A stretch of 62,542 nt of DNA, filler included, from Collodictyon triciliatum (taxonomy: Eukaryota), in assembly GCA_043381765.1 (NCBI GenBank). It is 9 parts of 9 records of this genome, joined end to end, with 100 filler letters (N's around TTAATTAATTAA, not from the genome) between each part and the next. Parts side by side here need not be neighbours in the genome. Positions count along the whole stretch, not along the records: positions 1 to 7,417 come from JBHJMP010003909.1; positions 7,518 to 14,932 come from JBHJMP010003910.1; 7 more parts are not named here. One strand, written 5' to 3'. The position numbers were made by a program, and so were the translations under genes. Shown here piece after piece: positions 1 to 11,511 of this stretch (position 1 is the first letter of the stretch; every line of letters begins with the position of its first letter). Under the pieces are notes generated by a model that saw only the letters and a list, made by a program, of their open reading frames with translations, ran no database searches and was not told the origin of the DNA.

Positions 1-97
1 TTCTTGTTTTCTTGTTTTCTTGTTTTCTTGTTTTCTTGTTTTCTTGTTTTCTTGTTTTCTTGTTTTCTTGTTTTCTTGTTTTCTTGTTTTCTTGTTT
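1..97. repeat. (TTCTTGTT)n 8-bp tandem repeat at window start
   Basis: Direct reading; it produces the spurious FSCFLVFL ORFs. Confidence 0.95.
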
Positions 98-266
98 TTC
101 CTTTTTCCTTTTCCTTTTTCCTTTTTTTTCCCTTGTTTATTTTTGTTTATTTTTGTTTTTTATTCAAAAAAGCAACGCATATGCCCTTCTTTGTTGTTTC
201 GCACAGAATGTAGCTCGCAATTCAAATCCAACTCTGACGCCGAGAATTCAATCTGCACACGTATAG

Positions 267-2859
267 AATCCGGACCTATATTTGGCTTCGTACTTTAACA
301 ACAATCTCGACAGTACTCAGTTTAAATATGGAGGTTCTGTGCTTGTCTGGTCGATGATTCTTTCATCTGTACCTGAGTTTACTTTTCGTTGCAACGTATG
401 TTGGCAAACTCAACTTTGAATCCGATGCACTTAATCACATTCCTCATGTGTCAATCTAAATGGAATAATCAAGATTGTGACAATATAAATCTTAAAAAAA
501 AATTATGAATCAATTTTCTTCTTTCTTGGTTACTGAAAAACTGCGCATTATTTTATGACGTATCTTCTTAAAGATGCTGTGTTAATCAACAATAAATAAA
601 TTTTTGCAGTCTCCGGTTACTTCAGCTTGTTTTTCCCCTTTCAACCCCAATCTCATTCTTGGAGGAACACAAAGCGGCCAAGTGGTTCTTTGGGATATAC
701 GAGACAAAAGCCTTCCTGTCCAGGTGACATATTTCTCCCTTTTATCTCTTTTTTTTTTTTAACCGTGACTAATGCTGGTTGATTGTGTTGTTGTATCTGT
801 TTCATTGGTCCTATTCGTCTTGTGTATTTGCAGTTCCTTCATTTTCCTGTCTTGAGTAAATTAACATTTTTTTTGGGCGCACATTTCCTTTGATTCATTC
901 ATTTTATGTTATTTTGGCTTCCTTTTTTTTTTGGGTGCCAATTTTTTCAGAGTTAATTGGTCGTTTTTTTTTTTAAAAAAATAATAATAATAATTAGAAA
1001 TCCAAAATTTCGAGCAAGTCTCACAACCACCCTGTCCGATGTTTAAAAGTCACTGGAAATCAAAATGCGCACAAACTCACAACAATATCAAATGATGGGA
1101 GAATCTGTTCGTGGTCTCTTGATCGACTCTCAGACCCTCAGGTTCTAAACTTTCCAACAAAGAGAAGGTCTCACAAAAGATGATAATAAATTATATGTCT
1201 ATTTTCGATGCGAATACATATATATCTAATCAGCTTACGTACTCATGAAAGGATTCGTCAGAATTGCCTTGCAGTCTTGTAGAACAAACGAAGCGAATTC
1301 CGATTGCAGCTACATGCTTCTCTTATATTCATGAAACATCCTCTCCCATCATTGGAACCGAAGAAGGGTCGCTTTACGAGGTATTTGAATCCTAACAGAT
1401 TTTAGGAATGTAGAGCTTGGCCGCGAATGAAAACTCAGTATATTCATTCGATATTTTTGTATTTCAAATCATTTTTGTGATGCCTTCTCAAGCCGCCATT
1501 AAATCATCTTTTGCGTCTTTTCTTATTGTCTCATAGGTATCCCGCAGTGCGAGGTTTATTTTTATTTCACTCCTTTTTCTTTATTTCAACAAGAAAAGAA
1601 AAAAACGACAGGCGATTGGCGATTGCCTGTCGCAGCTGATCTCCAAAATGATTATTCTTTTTATTTCTTTTTATATGCTTTATTTCAAGCTTGAAAATAT
1701 ACCGATATCGTTCAAACAAACAGCCACAGAGAGAAAAACGAAACAAGAAAGTGGTTGTGCAGTTTTGTTTCAGAATGTAGGGTTCATGTAATTCATTTTT
1801 AATTATATTATATAGCAAATGGGGAGTGAAGGAGTGCTATACTGGCCACAACACCATCATCACGTCGGTAGAATGCAATTCTTATGCTGTTCAGCACCGA
1901 AACTATACTGACCTCATTCTGACATCATCTCTTGACTGGTCATGCAAACTATGGAGTCGCAAAGTATTTAGAAAGAATAGAGCATTTAATTTGTTGATTT
2001 CAGAAGCATTTGTGCCTTGTTGTTTACTTTCCTTTTTTATTTTCTTTTTTTATTCTCAAACTCTTAACTTTTCAAAAAAAAATCTGATGCAAGGCAAAAT
2101 CGGTTATATCAACTTTCGAAGTAGCTACTGACTATGTCTACGACGCAAAATGGTCACTTTCAATCCCTTTTTTCTATAATATTTTTTTAATTCATTCACA
2201 CTGTCCAACGGCACCTGAACTATGTCTTTTCCCGTGCGCACAGGTGCCCATCCAACCCGTCTCTGTTTGCGACTGCAGACGGAACTGGAACCGTGTCTCT
2301 GTGGGACCTTGCAACGCAGCCAGAAGTAATTGAGTCTCTCAATCACCACATCATTCTAGCTTCATTTTTGTGCGACCAGCTTTATAAAAGCACTTTTCAA
2401 CCAAAGATACAACACGCTCTTGATTTATTCAAACTTTGTGTGCATCTCCAGAGTCCCTGCCTCCAAAAGAACCTTGGACTTAGTGCAGTAAACTCGCTCT
2501 CTTGGTCAACGGACTCAAAGTACCTCGCTGCGGGCGACTCTGACGGAACAGTCACTATCTTCAGAGTAAACCAAGAGGTTTTTTTTTCTTTGATGCGACC
2601 CTTTTTGCCTTTTATCACAAGGATGCCCAGAACACTCTTTTGCAATATGGTATCATCGCCTGAAGAAATAATGAATAAGAAATGCTCGCCTCACACCGAC
2701 CGGCTGCTTTTGAAAATACAAGTCTGGATAATTGAGACTAATCAGTATGGTTCGTGTGCGTAGTTGACCTCCTTCAGCAAGGATTCTGCACAGAAGTTTG
2801 AGCGGTACTTGGCAAAGGTGCAGAACCCAACTGCCACCGAGGAGCTGTTTTCCCGATAG
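267..2859 (+). CDS. DYNC1I: Cytoplasmic dynein-1 intermediate chain (WD40), multi-exon, 5' end missing
   Basis: Spliced peptides [25 protein letters not shown] / [19 protein letters not shown] / [30 protein letters not shown] / [14 protein letters not shown] / LAAGDSDG follow the DYNC1I WD40 order; stop TAG at 2857-2859. Confidence 0.9.
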
Positions 2860-3485
2860 ACACACGTATCAAGTTTCTCATTTTCGTCTTGTGATACTGA
2901 TTCTCCCTTGAACCAGAGGGAAATGCAGTTTATACAAGGGTGAATCACACAGACAAAACAGTCAAACAGTCAAACAGTCAAACATGATAAAGCACTTGCC
3001 GCGATGCAAGGAATTTTCGATATATCTTCTGTCATCTTTTTCATCTGCCTGTTCAGCACACATAACGATACACACCACACTCTCAAAATCACATGTTTAT
3101 TTACCCAGAAATCGTTTGATGCATTGTTGTAAATTATGCACATAAATAACTAAATCTGCATTGTTTGTATTTGTTGTTGATTTATTTAATTTTTTTTTTA
3201 ACTCGGACGTATGGAGCAAAGGAAACCTTCAGCCTGCCGACATAATCATGCATCGAGTTATGCACAATCGCCCCGATTATTGAGTACCACAGCGAGATAC
3301 TTGAACAGGCTGCACCCAAGCACAACTCCCACAATCAAAGAACCGCTGGTCTCACGACTCGACTTTGTGATGCAGTCGGCCTCCTTCGCGGAAGCAACAA
3401 CTTCAACAACCAACAATGACCATTGAGCCTTATCACCAAAGCTTATCAAGCATTGCGCCCATGTGAAAAAGAGACTGTCGATGCC

Positions 3486-3545
<60 letters not shown>

Positions 3546-3729
3546 TCCATCTTTCCATCTTTCCTGTCGCCGACGTCCTTATATGCGGCTCATTCTGCCG
3601 GGTTTACCAGCGCATCACACACGCCTGACTCTTGTTTCAACTCTGTACCGATCGAATAAGAAAGACGAAGGAAAAGGAAGAAGGGGCAGACTCAAAAGGC
3701 GGCCGAACGCGTTGGTAAAGCCAGAGACC

Positions 3730-6700
3730 ATGGACGATAAAGACGATCATCCCACATGCTCCGAGGCAAGCGACTGCGATCCGCTGGGCGAACTTCTTGG
3801 AGAAGGCAACCTATCTCTGTTTTCTACCCATTGTTTTTCTTACATTCATGTCATTCTTGTGCTTTTGTTGGACATCGCTTCCTTTTCACTCTGTTCCAAA
3901 GTCCTTCTTCCTTGGGCCTCACACCATCCTCTTTCCATCAGACGCCCCGCCCAACTGCTTCACTTGCGCACTCTGCTCCAAGGAACTCACCCGGCCGCAA
4001 TCTCTGGCCGGCTGCAAGCACTTAGTGTGCTGTGAATGCTTGCAAGGTAGCCTAGCCAAAGGCGCCACAAGACCCGACGATGATATCCAAAACACAGCCA
4101 CAGATACAAGAGCATGCACAAAAATAAGAGACAGACCCTCGCACAATCCAAACCGCGATATAGACTCCCTTGACGAGGAAAGCTCTGACTCCGACTTTGA
4201 TCCTTTGCCGCCTGTGCAGAATGCACCTGACTTGGACGATATATTCGGGTTGGTCGGGGCCATTGATCCAATCCTTCAAAGAGATGCTATGCTTAATCCG
4301 CTTGGTGATCAGGATGCCGATGCCAACATGGATTCAGATTCACATCCCATCGGGTTTTTCTCGCAACAAACTATGTCCAGCCAAGGCTCGGCCGCAAATG
4401 CAATATTGAGTCAGAACCAAGACGACGGATCGGGTCTTTTGTTTATCAGCGATTCGCTGGATGGCCGAGCCTCTGGTGAATGCGCTACCGTGGTCAAGGC
4501 GACTAAAAGTGTTATATGTCCCATTTGCTTCGTTGCTACTTATGTGGTGGCCGAAGATCTGTGTGATGTGTCTCCAGATTCCTTGGCTATGCTTCAGAGA
4601 GACTTTCCCATGGACGAGGACGCTGCCTTTGGGTTGGTGCCATCATCTGAAATCAATCCAAAAGCTGATGCAAGGTGCGGTTCTTATGATTGCACGAACC
4701 CAGCTGCATACTTTTGCGAAACGGAATGTGGATATTTGTGTCTTGAATGCGAAAAGCAACACAGAAGATTTACTTACACACGTCTGCATCATATTAAGTA
4801 TGTATTCACTTATTTCCTTTAAAACTTCACCGATGGGCTGTTCGGACATGTTTTTGATTAATTGTTCATTATTGCATGTAGCAGAGTATTTGAAATAGAA
4901 TTTCAAAGACTGAAAGTGATATATTGATCACACTCTGAAATTTTAACAGGGAAATAGGTGCTCTAAGGGAATCATCTGCAACAATGCACTCCAAAATGAA
5001 CTTGGAGCTATGTAATCTACACCCTTATTACCGAATTGAGTTTTTTTGCCTTACTTGTTCGAGCCAAAATCTTGCGTGTCTGAAATGCGTCGTTGAAACG
5101 CATCATTTACACAACATCGTTCCTCTGGATGTTGGCTTGTCGATGATAAAAGAGAAGCTATTAAACCAGATATCTCAAACATTTTCCATACGCGAAAAAC
5201 TTGAAGACATACAATTAACTAGCAAAGAAAAAGTCAAAAGGGTAAGTAAAGTTTATCTTGAGAAAGCACATTAATGAACAATTTCCATCCATTTAAATAA
5301 GTAACATGAATACCGCGTGGATACAGCTCCTGGAAACTGAGGAACAAGTTCTTGCCGCCATTCATCAAGCGTGTCAAAACTATGACACTAAATTGGAAAA
5401 AGTAGCCCAAGACCTCATCTCCTCGGTAACTTTTCTAGTTTCATTTTATTTTATTTTTTTTTATCATATAGCGAGTATTTGATAAACTCTTTAAATTTTA
5501 CAACAATCTATGATCTCTGAACAGTTTCCCATGCCTTACTTTGAACATAATTTTGGTATTTTAAAAATAGGCATTGTCTTACCAATTAGAAATATCCAAA
5601 AACATTCAATTGGATGTGGAAAATGTCAATAGTGCTGCCGCAGATGCAGAAGAAAAAGTCGCAATCAGCAAAGAGACCCTCGAAGCGGTTGAGCATACCA
5701 GTGACATCCAGATTCTAGCCTCAGCAAATGACTCGCTCGCCACTGTTATCACCCGGGTGAAAAGCATGACAGAGACAGAATGTCGGCAAATCAGATTTCG
5801 TCCAAACACCTCCATCACTCTATACCGCGAGAGTGGGAATCTAACGCAGAGGCCGAGTTTAGGGAATGTGTATCTATGGAATCAGAACAAAAAGAATGAC
5901 CAGTACTCTTTCCGACCTTTAGATCAGATGGGTCGAGCCAGGAAGGCTGTTGGGCGCTCTGGTGCGCGGCCACTTGAATTCGACCATGCGTGGGGGATTT
6001 GCGTCAACCCTCAAACTGGGAATCTATACGTAGCAGATCAGTTCAATCATCGAATCCAGGTGCTGAGCCCAGACCTAGAGTACCTGTTTCACTTTGGTAA
6101 ATACGGAACAGAGCCCGGCTTCTTCAATAATCCCATATCAGTGTGTGTCAGTCCCGACGGAGAGTTTGTGGTTGTGACGGACAACGGAAATCATCGCCTT
6201 CAGATATTTCTGCCTGATGGTGAGTTTCTGCGTGTGGAGAAGCTAGACCAAGCGACTGGGGAGCAGTTCAGAAACCCCATCAATGTCGCCATCAGCAAGG
6301 AGCCGGATGCATGCATGTATGTCACTGATACCCGAAACGAGAGGGTATACATCATGAGCCGCAACGGAGAGTTTAGAAAATCCTTTGGGAGAAAGACGGG
6401 CGGTGAGGATACGATTGGAATGGCCGAGGCCATCACCATCACGGAAAAGAATGAGGTTTGTGTTCTGGCTCGTGGAGGCAGTCGAATCGTAGTCTACGAC
6501 CTGGAAGGAGAATTCTTGCGGGCGCTAAGCATCGAACCTGTGCGAGGAAGAGTCAGTATGACATGGGGCCCGGAAGCGACTCTGTGGGTGGCAGACTCGG
6601 ACAACCATCAGGTTGTAGTGTACAGCGAATCTGGCGAGAAGCTCAAAGTCATCGGCTCGTCTGGCCACGGAGACAGCCAACTCACGAGTCCCATGGGCGT

Positions 6701-6767
6701 TGCTTTTGGGCCCAACGGATACTTTTATGTCTGCGACTACGGCAACAGCCGCATTCAAATCTTCTGA
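3730..6767 (+). CDS. TRIM-NHL-like E3 ligase: RING (split by long insert), B-box1, B-box2, coiled coil, NHL repeats
   Basis: RING ligands CALC..CKH..CCEC...CPIC; B-box CGSYDC..FCETECGYLCLECEKQH..HHI; B-box CNLH..FFCLTC..CLKC..HHLHNI; NHL repeats (LYVADQFNHRIQV, VVTDNGNHRLQIF, YVCDYGNSRIQIF) in the 5574-6767 exon. The start at 3730 requires a GC-AG first intron (3806-3941), which is phase compatible. Confidence 0.85.
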
Positions 6768-6964
6768 CGTGTGTGTTTGGCTGTGATGTTGCCGAATGTG
6801 GCGCTGTGGCGTATCCTTTTTAGGAAGCAAACGATAAACCAAACGATGAAGCAACCGAAGGGCAGAAGCATGTGTCGCGCGCCAAGATTAGACGCTTTGT
6901 CTGTCTTCCTCTTATCTGCTCGGTTCTCTTCTCTTTATCTTTTTGGTTTCCTGTGTTTGCGGAG

Positions 6965-7276
6965 ATGAGCGCAGCACTCTCACCACAAGGTTTTGCAGCG
7001 ATGCACCTTCCAGACACGTCCAGCAGCGAATCTGACATTGGGGAGTCGTACCACTCGCACGTTTCTGTGGAGGATGGGTTTCTGTCGGTGGGTGACTTCT
7101 ACCAGGTTCGCGCGAGTCGATCGAGCGGGGTTTTACTGGCAGACTCGGAAGCCGCAGACGAGATGGAAACGCGTCGGTCTGGTGGGCTTGCGAGGACTTC
7201 GTTGCGGGCTGCGGTGATGAATATGTGCAACGCAATCCTGGGCGGGGGAATCCTAGCGTTGCCGTACTGTTTCAAG
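6965..7276 (+). CDS. Amino-acid transporter (AAAP/SLC38-like), first exon only, truncated by contig end
   Basis: TSLRAAVMNMCNAILGGGILALPYCFK matches the first-TM motif (N..N.I.G.G.L.LP) of the Aa_trans family; donor GT at 7277. Confidence 0.8.
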
Positions 7277-7417
7277 GTTTTTGTTTTTTATTGGTTTTTT
7301 ATTGGTTTTTTTATTGGTTTTTTTATTGGTTTTTTATTGGTTTTTTATTGGTTTTTTATTGGTTTTTTATTGGTTTTTTATTGGTTTTTTATTGGTTTTT
7401 TATTGGTTTTTTATTGG

Positions 7418-7517
7418 NNNNNNNNNNNNNNNNNNNNNNNNNNNNNNNNNNNNNNNNNNNNTTAATTAATTAANNNNNNNNNNNNNNNNNNNNNNNNNNN
7501 NNNNNNNNNNNNNNNNN
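7418..7517. other. Artificial contig linker 44N-TTAATTAATTAA-44N (also at 14933-15032, 22445-22544, 29963-30062, 37474-37573, 44978-45077, 52476-52575, 59973-60072)
   Basis: The same 100-bp spacer with a six-frame stop cassette occurs 8 times at about 7.5-kb spacing. Confidence 0.98.
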
Positions 7518-7635
7518 GCTTTGTTGCTTTGTTGCTTTGTTGCTTTGTTGCTTTGTTGCTTTGTTGCTTTGTTGCTTTGTTGCTTTGTTGCTTTGTTGCT
7601 TTGTTGCTTTGTTGCTCAGTTAAAAAAATAAAAAC

Positions 7636-10600
7636 CTGTTGGATGATGGCACCTTTGCGATCAACGATATTCCAGACGGGCAGAGGATACGAATGGGATG
7701 TTTTGGGGAGGGATATATTTTCGCTACTGTATATTTATTGGGCCAAAATTATGAGTGGTGTCTTTTGAATTTAATCGGGAAATGATTATTTAAAAAATAG
7801 CATGCTTTAATATCAATATGTATCTGAATAGAAGTTCACTCGGTCATCTCTCACCTTTCAAACAAATCAATATCACCGTGAGGAACATGATATATAGGTA
7901 CATATGCCAGGTAGACGCGCCCTTGGCTTGGGTAGAAGAGCGCATTCTTTGAAGACTATGTGCCGTATCAAAGTTTTTTTTTTTTATTCTTCCTTTCAAT
8001 TTTGTGCAGGATGGTGGGGATGTTGGCTTTGAGATGCGCCGTATCAAAGTAGAAAGCGCATGTTCGATTTTACTTAAGGATTTTAATTAATATTCTTTAA
8101 GGCGGTATCTGTAATTTACGATAAAGGTGTACCTCGATGGCGTCTTCTCTAGACTCGAAGACACTTAACCCAATTGTCCCTGAAATATTGCTCAGGAGAA
8201 GATAGTACTTCTCTTTTCCGGTTTTTTCGATTTTGATTGAAAACATCTGTTGTTTTTAGTTAATTTAAAAGAGAAAATAGAAATATAATTAGTTAATATC
8301 GTGATTTTCTTCAGCATGCAATGTTGGAAACAACTCTGTTACAAGTTAAATTTTTTTATCAGCAAGGACACCAAAAAAGCCAGACAATTTCAAAATAGTG
8401 CCTTGGATGTGGTCACGTAAAGCCACGGATCTCTCTCAAAGAATTTCGTAGCAGCTTCATAAAACTTTGATATGAAGTCAACTTCCAATCCGTCCACCGC
8501 TTAAAAGAAAAAAAACATTCTAATTAGAAAGATAAATCACGGCGTAATTAATGGTGATATTTCTACTTTTAAAGATAGGAATCAATTAATACGTTAAAGA
8601 ATTGATATTTGCTCGTAAACCATTAAAATAAAGACCTTGCATCAAAGGTTTCAAGTTGGAGGGCTTTGATTGGTTAGCCTATCGCAGGAATAAAAATTAG
8701 CAAACTGCGATAGAGAAAGCATGTAAAAACTTTCTCATCCATGAAGAAATAGATATGAGTGTAAACCTGTTCGATATGTGCTGAAAATACCGATATGTAA
8801 CGAGCATCTTCATCACTGATTTTTGTCGACCTTGTGATGGTTATATTTTCTTTGGAGAGCAGTGTCTATGTTTTGGTTGGTTGTTTGTTTGGTTGTTTGT
8901 TTGGTTGGTTGGTTGTTTGTTTGGTTGGTTGTTTGGTTGTTTGGTTGTTTGGTTTATGTATTTTACTCTCAATTGCGTTCAAATTTGCGTCTGCATTATT
9001 TTAAAAATAAACTGTGATAGTTTCGATATGACGACTACTTCAAGCTCCTGAATTCCAGAAATGTTTCCGTGAATAACAATTTTTTTGGGCTTTGTTGGTG
9101 CTGTATCTACAGACTAATAACACCGTGAAAATACGCGATCATGTGAACTTAAGTAGAATTTGAATCGAAGAAACAAACATAAGGCCGTGCATTTTTGGGA
9201 ACAACCAATAGTCTATCAGTTTTCTGGTAATTTATGAGCTGAAAAGGGAGAGTGAATACCTGGCTTTCGTCGCTTGCTGGGCTCGGAGTGATGCATGCCG
9301 ACAAAAAGGTATCGACGAGCATAGCTACATTCGATTAGATACCGTTTTCTTGAGAAGGAATTGATAACAAAAAGAAAAAATTGAGTAGACTAAATGAAAA
9401 GGCTATTCATTTTTCAATTATTCTGTCTTATTTTCTTTTGTATTCACCTGTCATTTAGTTATCTTACGCGATAATGCTATTATTTCTGAGTGTGGTGTAA
9501 AGAGGGGAGGAGAGTTCTAAGATTGATCGAAATAGTATAAGGAAGGCTATTGGGTACCAGGGGTGGGGTGCTTCTCCATTAATTTATAGGCGCGCAGGTG
9601 AGCCTTTGATTTATCCGTCTGGATGATTAAGATTCCATAAGGACGGTAGATGTGTCCGTTTAATGTTTTGAGGAAGATTTTGAGCCTCTGGACATGCACC
9701 TTCCAGACCTGGTTGGAAAGAGGAAGCTGAGATAACCTGTGCCGTACTTGTCTTTGCGGAAGTGCCGCTATGTGGGGATATTTTAAGAACAAAATCATCG
9801 AATATCGCATAAGAAGTTGTCAATATTTGATTGCTTTTATTTGCGTTAAAAAAATACCGAATTTGCTCAAATTTAAGCGAATTAAGATGTAGAGAGGATG
9901 TAATATTTTTACCTGAGCAGCGCTTCACATTTTCAACCTCCTGTTTAATATCTTTTTGCAGAGCCTTCACTGGTTTGTTGAATGGATCGGTCCTGAGAAT
10001 ACTCGCACATTGTTCTAGAGCTTCAGGGAGAGATCCCATCATGAAGTACGCCTGAGCCAATCGATATTTATTCTAGTAAAATAATAAGAATTTTTTCAAC
10101 GAAAATATTAATAATACCGTTAGTATATATACTGGTGCGCTCATCAATGTGTGCAGAGTATGACATAAATCATCAGGACAATCACGCATTGAAATAAAAG
10201 TGCCGAATCAATATAAAAACTGTATGTCTAGTTCTTGCGTGTAAGGAAATATCTCAATCAACTTCAAGTATTGTATTTCAGGGAATAATAATGGTTGGGT
10301 TTAGGTCAATGTGGACGCAATACCTTTATTGATGATTGGATTGAAATGGCCTTCATAGCATCTTCTATAGCCAATTTCGGAATCTTGAGACCTAGATACA
10401 CCTGAGAGCGGTTTCCATAGCTCGCAGCACAGTTCGGATCGAGCTTTGATATATTAATATCGGAGAATGATATTAGAAGAAAAAATCCGGGCATCATATC
10501 AGTTGTGAGTTGCTGTAAATAAAGTAGCTACTATAGTTATATAAAATGGGGCTGAAACTAGCGTCCTTGCTTCTTGATCAAACTTGATCAAATCAAAAAT

Positions 10601-10982
10601 GGTAGAGCAAATAGGGGAAGCTGGGGTGATTACATCGATGGCTATCGTGTAGAGCCTGCAGGCTTCAATCAGCCTTCCTTCTTTGAACTTTTCGTTTCCT
10701 TGTTCTCGGAAGTGTGAAGACTGTAGGACAAGTTGTTTAGTCAAAAAGCAACTAAGTGGTATAATCCTAAAGTCTCTTCTGTAAGTTGACCAGACCCAAA
10801 CTTTGAAACAGGCTAATAAAAGAAATAAAGTCGAGTAGAAAAAGAATATTCACAAAGCGCTACGCAGACACGAACGCTGAGTCGATCAAAGAACAGTTTT
10901 TGAAAGAGAAACTTTGGCTTCCTTCTGTTTTTCTTTTCCGTGCAAATACCTCGGCGGATGTGCCCTGCACTTCTGGATCCAT
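7636..10982 (-). CDS. TPR-repeat protein with an uncharacterised C-terminal domain, multi-exon, 3' truncated
   Basis: TPR exons REQGNEKFKEGRLIEACRLYTIAI, LDPNCAASYGNRSQVYLGLKIPKLAIEDAMKAI and RLAQAYFMMGSLPEALEQC..DPFNK; downstream same-strand exons FYEAATKFFERDPWLY and MFSIKIEKTGKEKYYLLLSNISGTIGLSVF. Joining into a single gene is inferred. Confidence 0.65.
7958..8050 (-). mobile_element. 59-bp A-tailed insertion with a 17-bp target-site duplication
   Basis: ATG(T/C)GCCGTATCAAAGT at 7958-7974 and 8034-8050 flank an insert that ends GAAT(A)n on the minus strand. Confidence 0.6.
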
Positions 10983-11077
10983 AGTGAACGAAGCCTCCTA
11001 GTTCGACGATGTTCAGACGGGGTAACTTTTGAAGAAACACAATTTTTCATTCAATCGGGAAAAGGTCGCGCTATGTT

Positions 11078-11140
11078 AACTTCAACTCCCTTATTACTTT
11101 GGATCGAATAAAGGGAAAAAAAACTTCAACTCCCTTATTA
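11078..11140 (+). mobile_element. Micro-retroinsertion CTTTGGATCGAATAAAGGG(A)n with a perfect 19-bp TSD
   Basis: AACTTCAACTCCCTTATTA at 11078-11096 and 11122-11140. Confidence 0.75.
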
Positions 11141-11511
11141 ATAAACTTAAAGTAAAGAATCATACACATAGCCGAGGTGAGAAAGAAAACAATAAAGATT
11201 GAGAATGGGAAATGGCAAGTACGCAGCCGAAAACAATCGAAGACTGGCCTTGGAAGTGCTTTTGGTTTTTGGTTTTTCTGCTTTATGATCTTTTTTTCTT
11301 CTTTTTTTGTCTCTACAGACTCTTGATTAAAGTCAGAATTTACTCCAGTTTTGTAATGATTGCGATATTGATTTATTGAATTAATCGCTCAAAATAGCAT
11401 GGACGAACTAAGGGGGTGTCACAGGCAACTTTTGATTTCGATTTTTTTTTTGCTGCTTGCAAGGCCAAGGCACTAAGCCCAGGCGAATCTTCTTTCCTTC
11501 CTTCCTCACAA

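Noticed and set aside
4-298. Hydrophobic ORFs (FSCFLVFL)n, and similar poly-F/I/L/Y/K/N ORFs near 7225, 14723, 15078, 22246, 31501, 32578, 38551, 39520, 44443 and 48801
   Set aside because: These are translations of microsatellites in introns or at contig ends.
7462-7473. Recurrent TTAATTAATTAA palindrome as a biological repeat or CRISPR-like array
   Set aside because: It is always centred in 44+44 Ns and is a synthetic six-frame stop linker.
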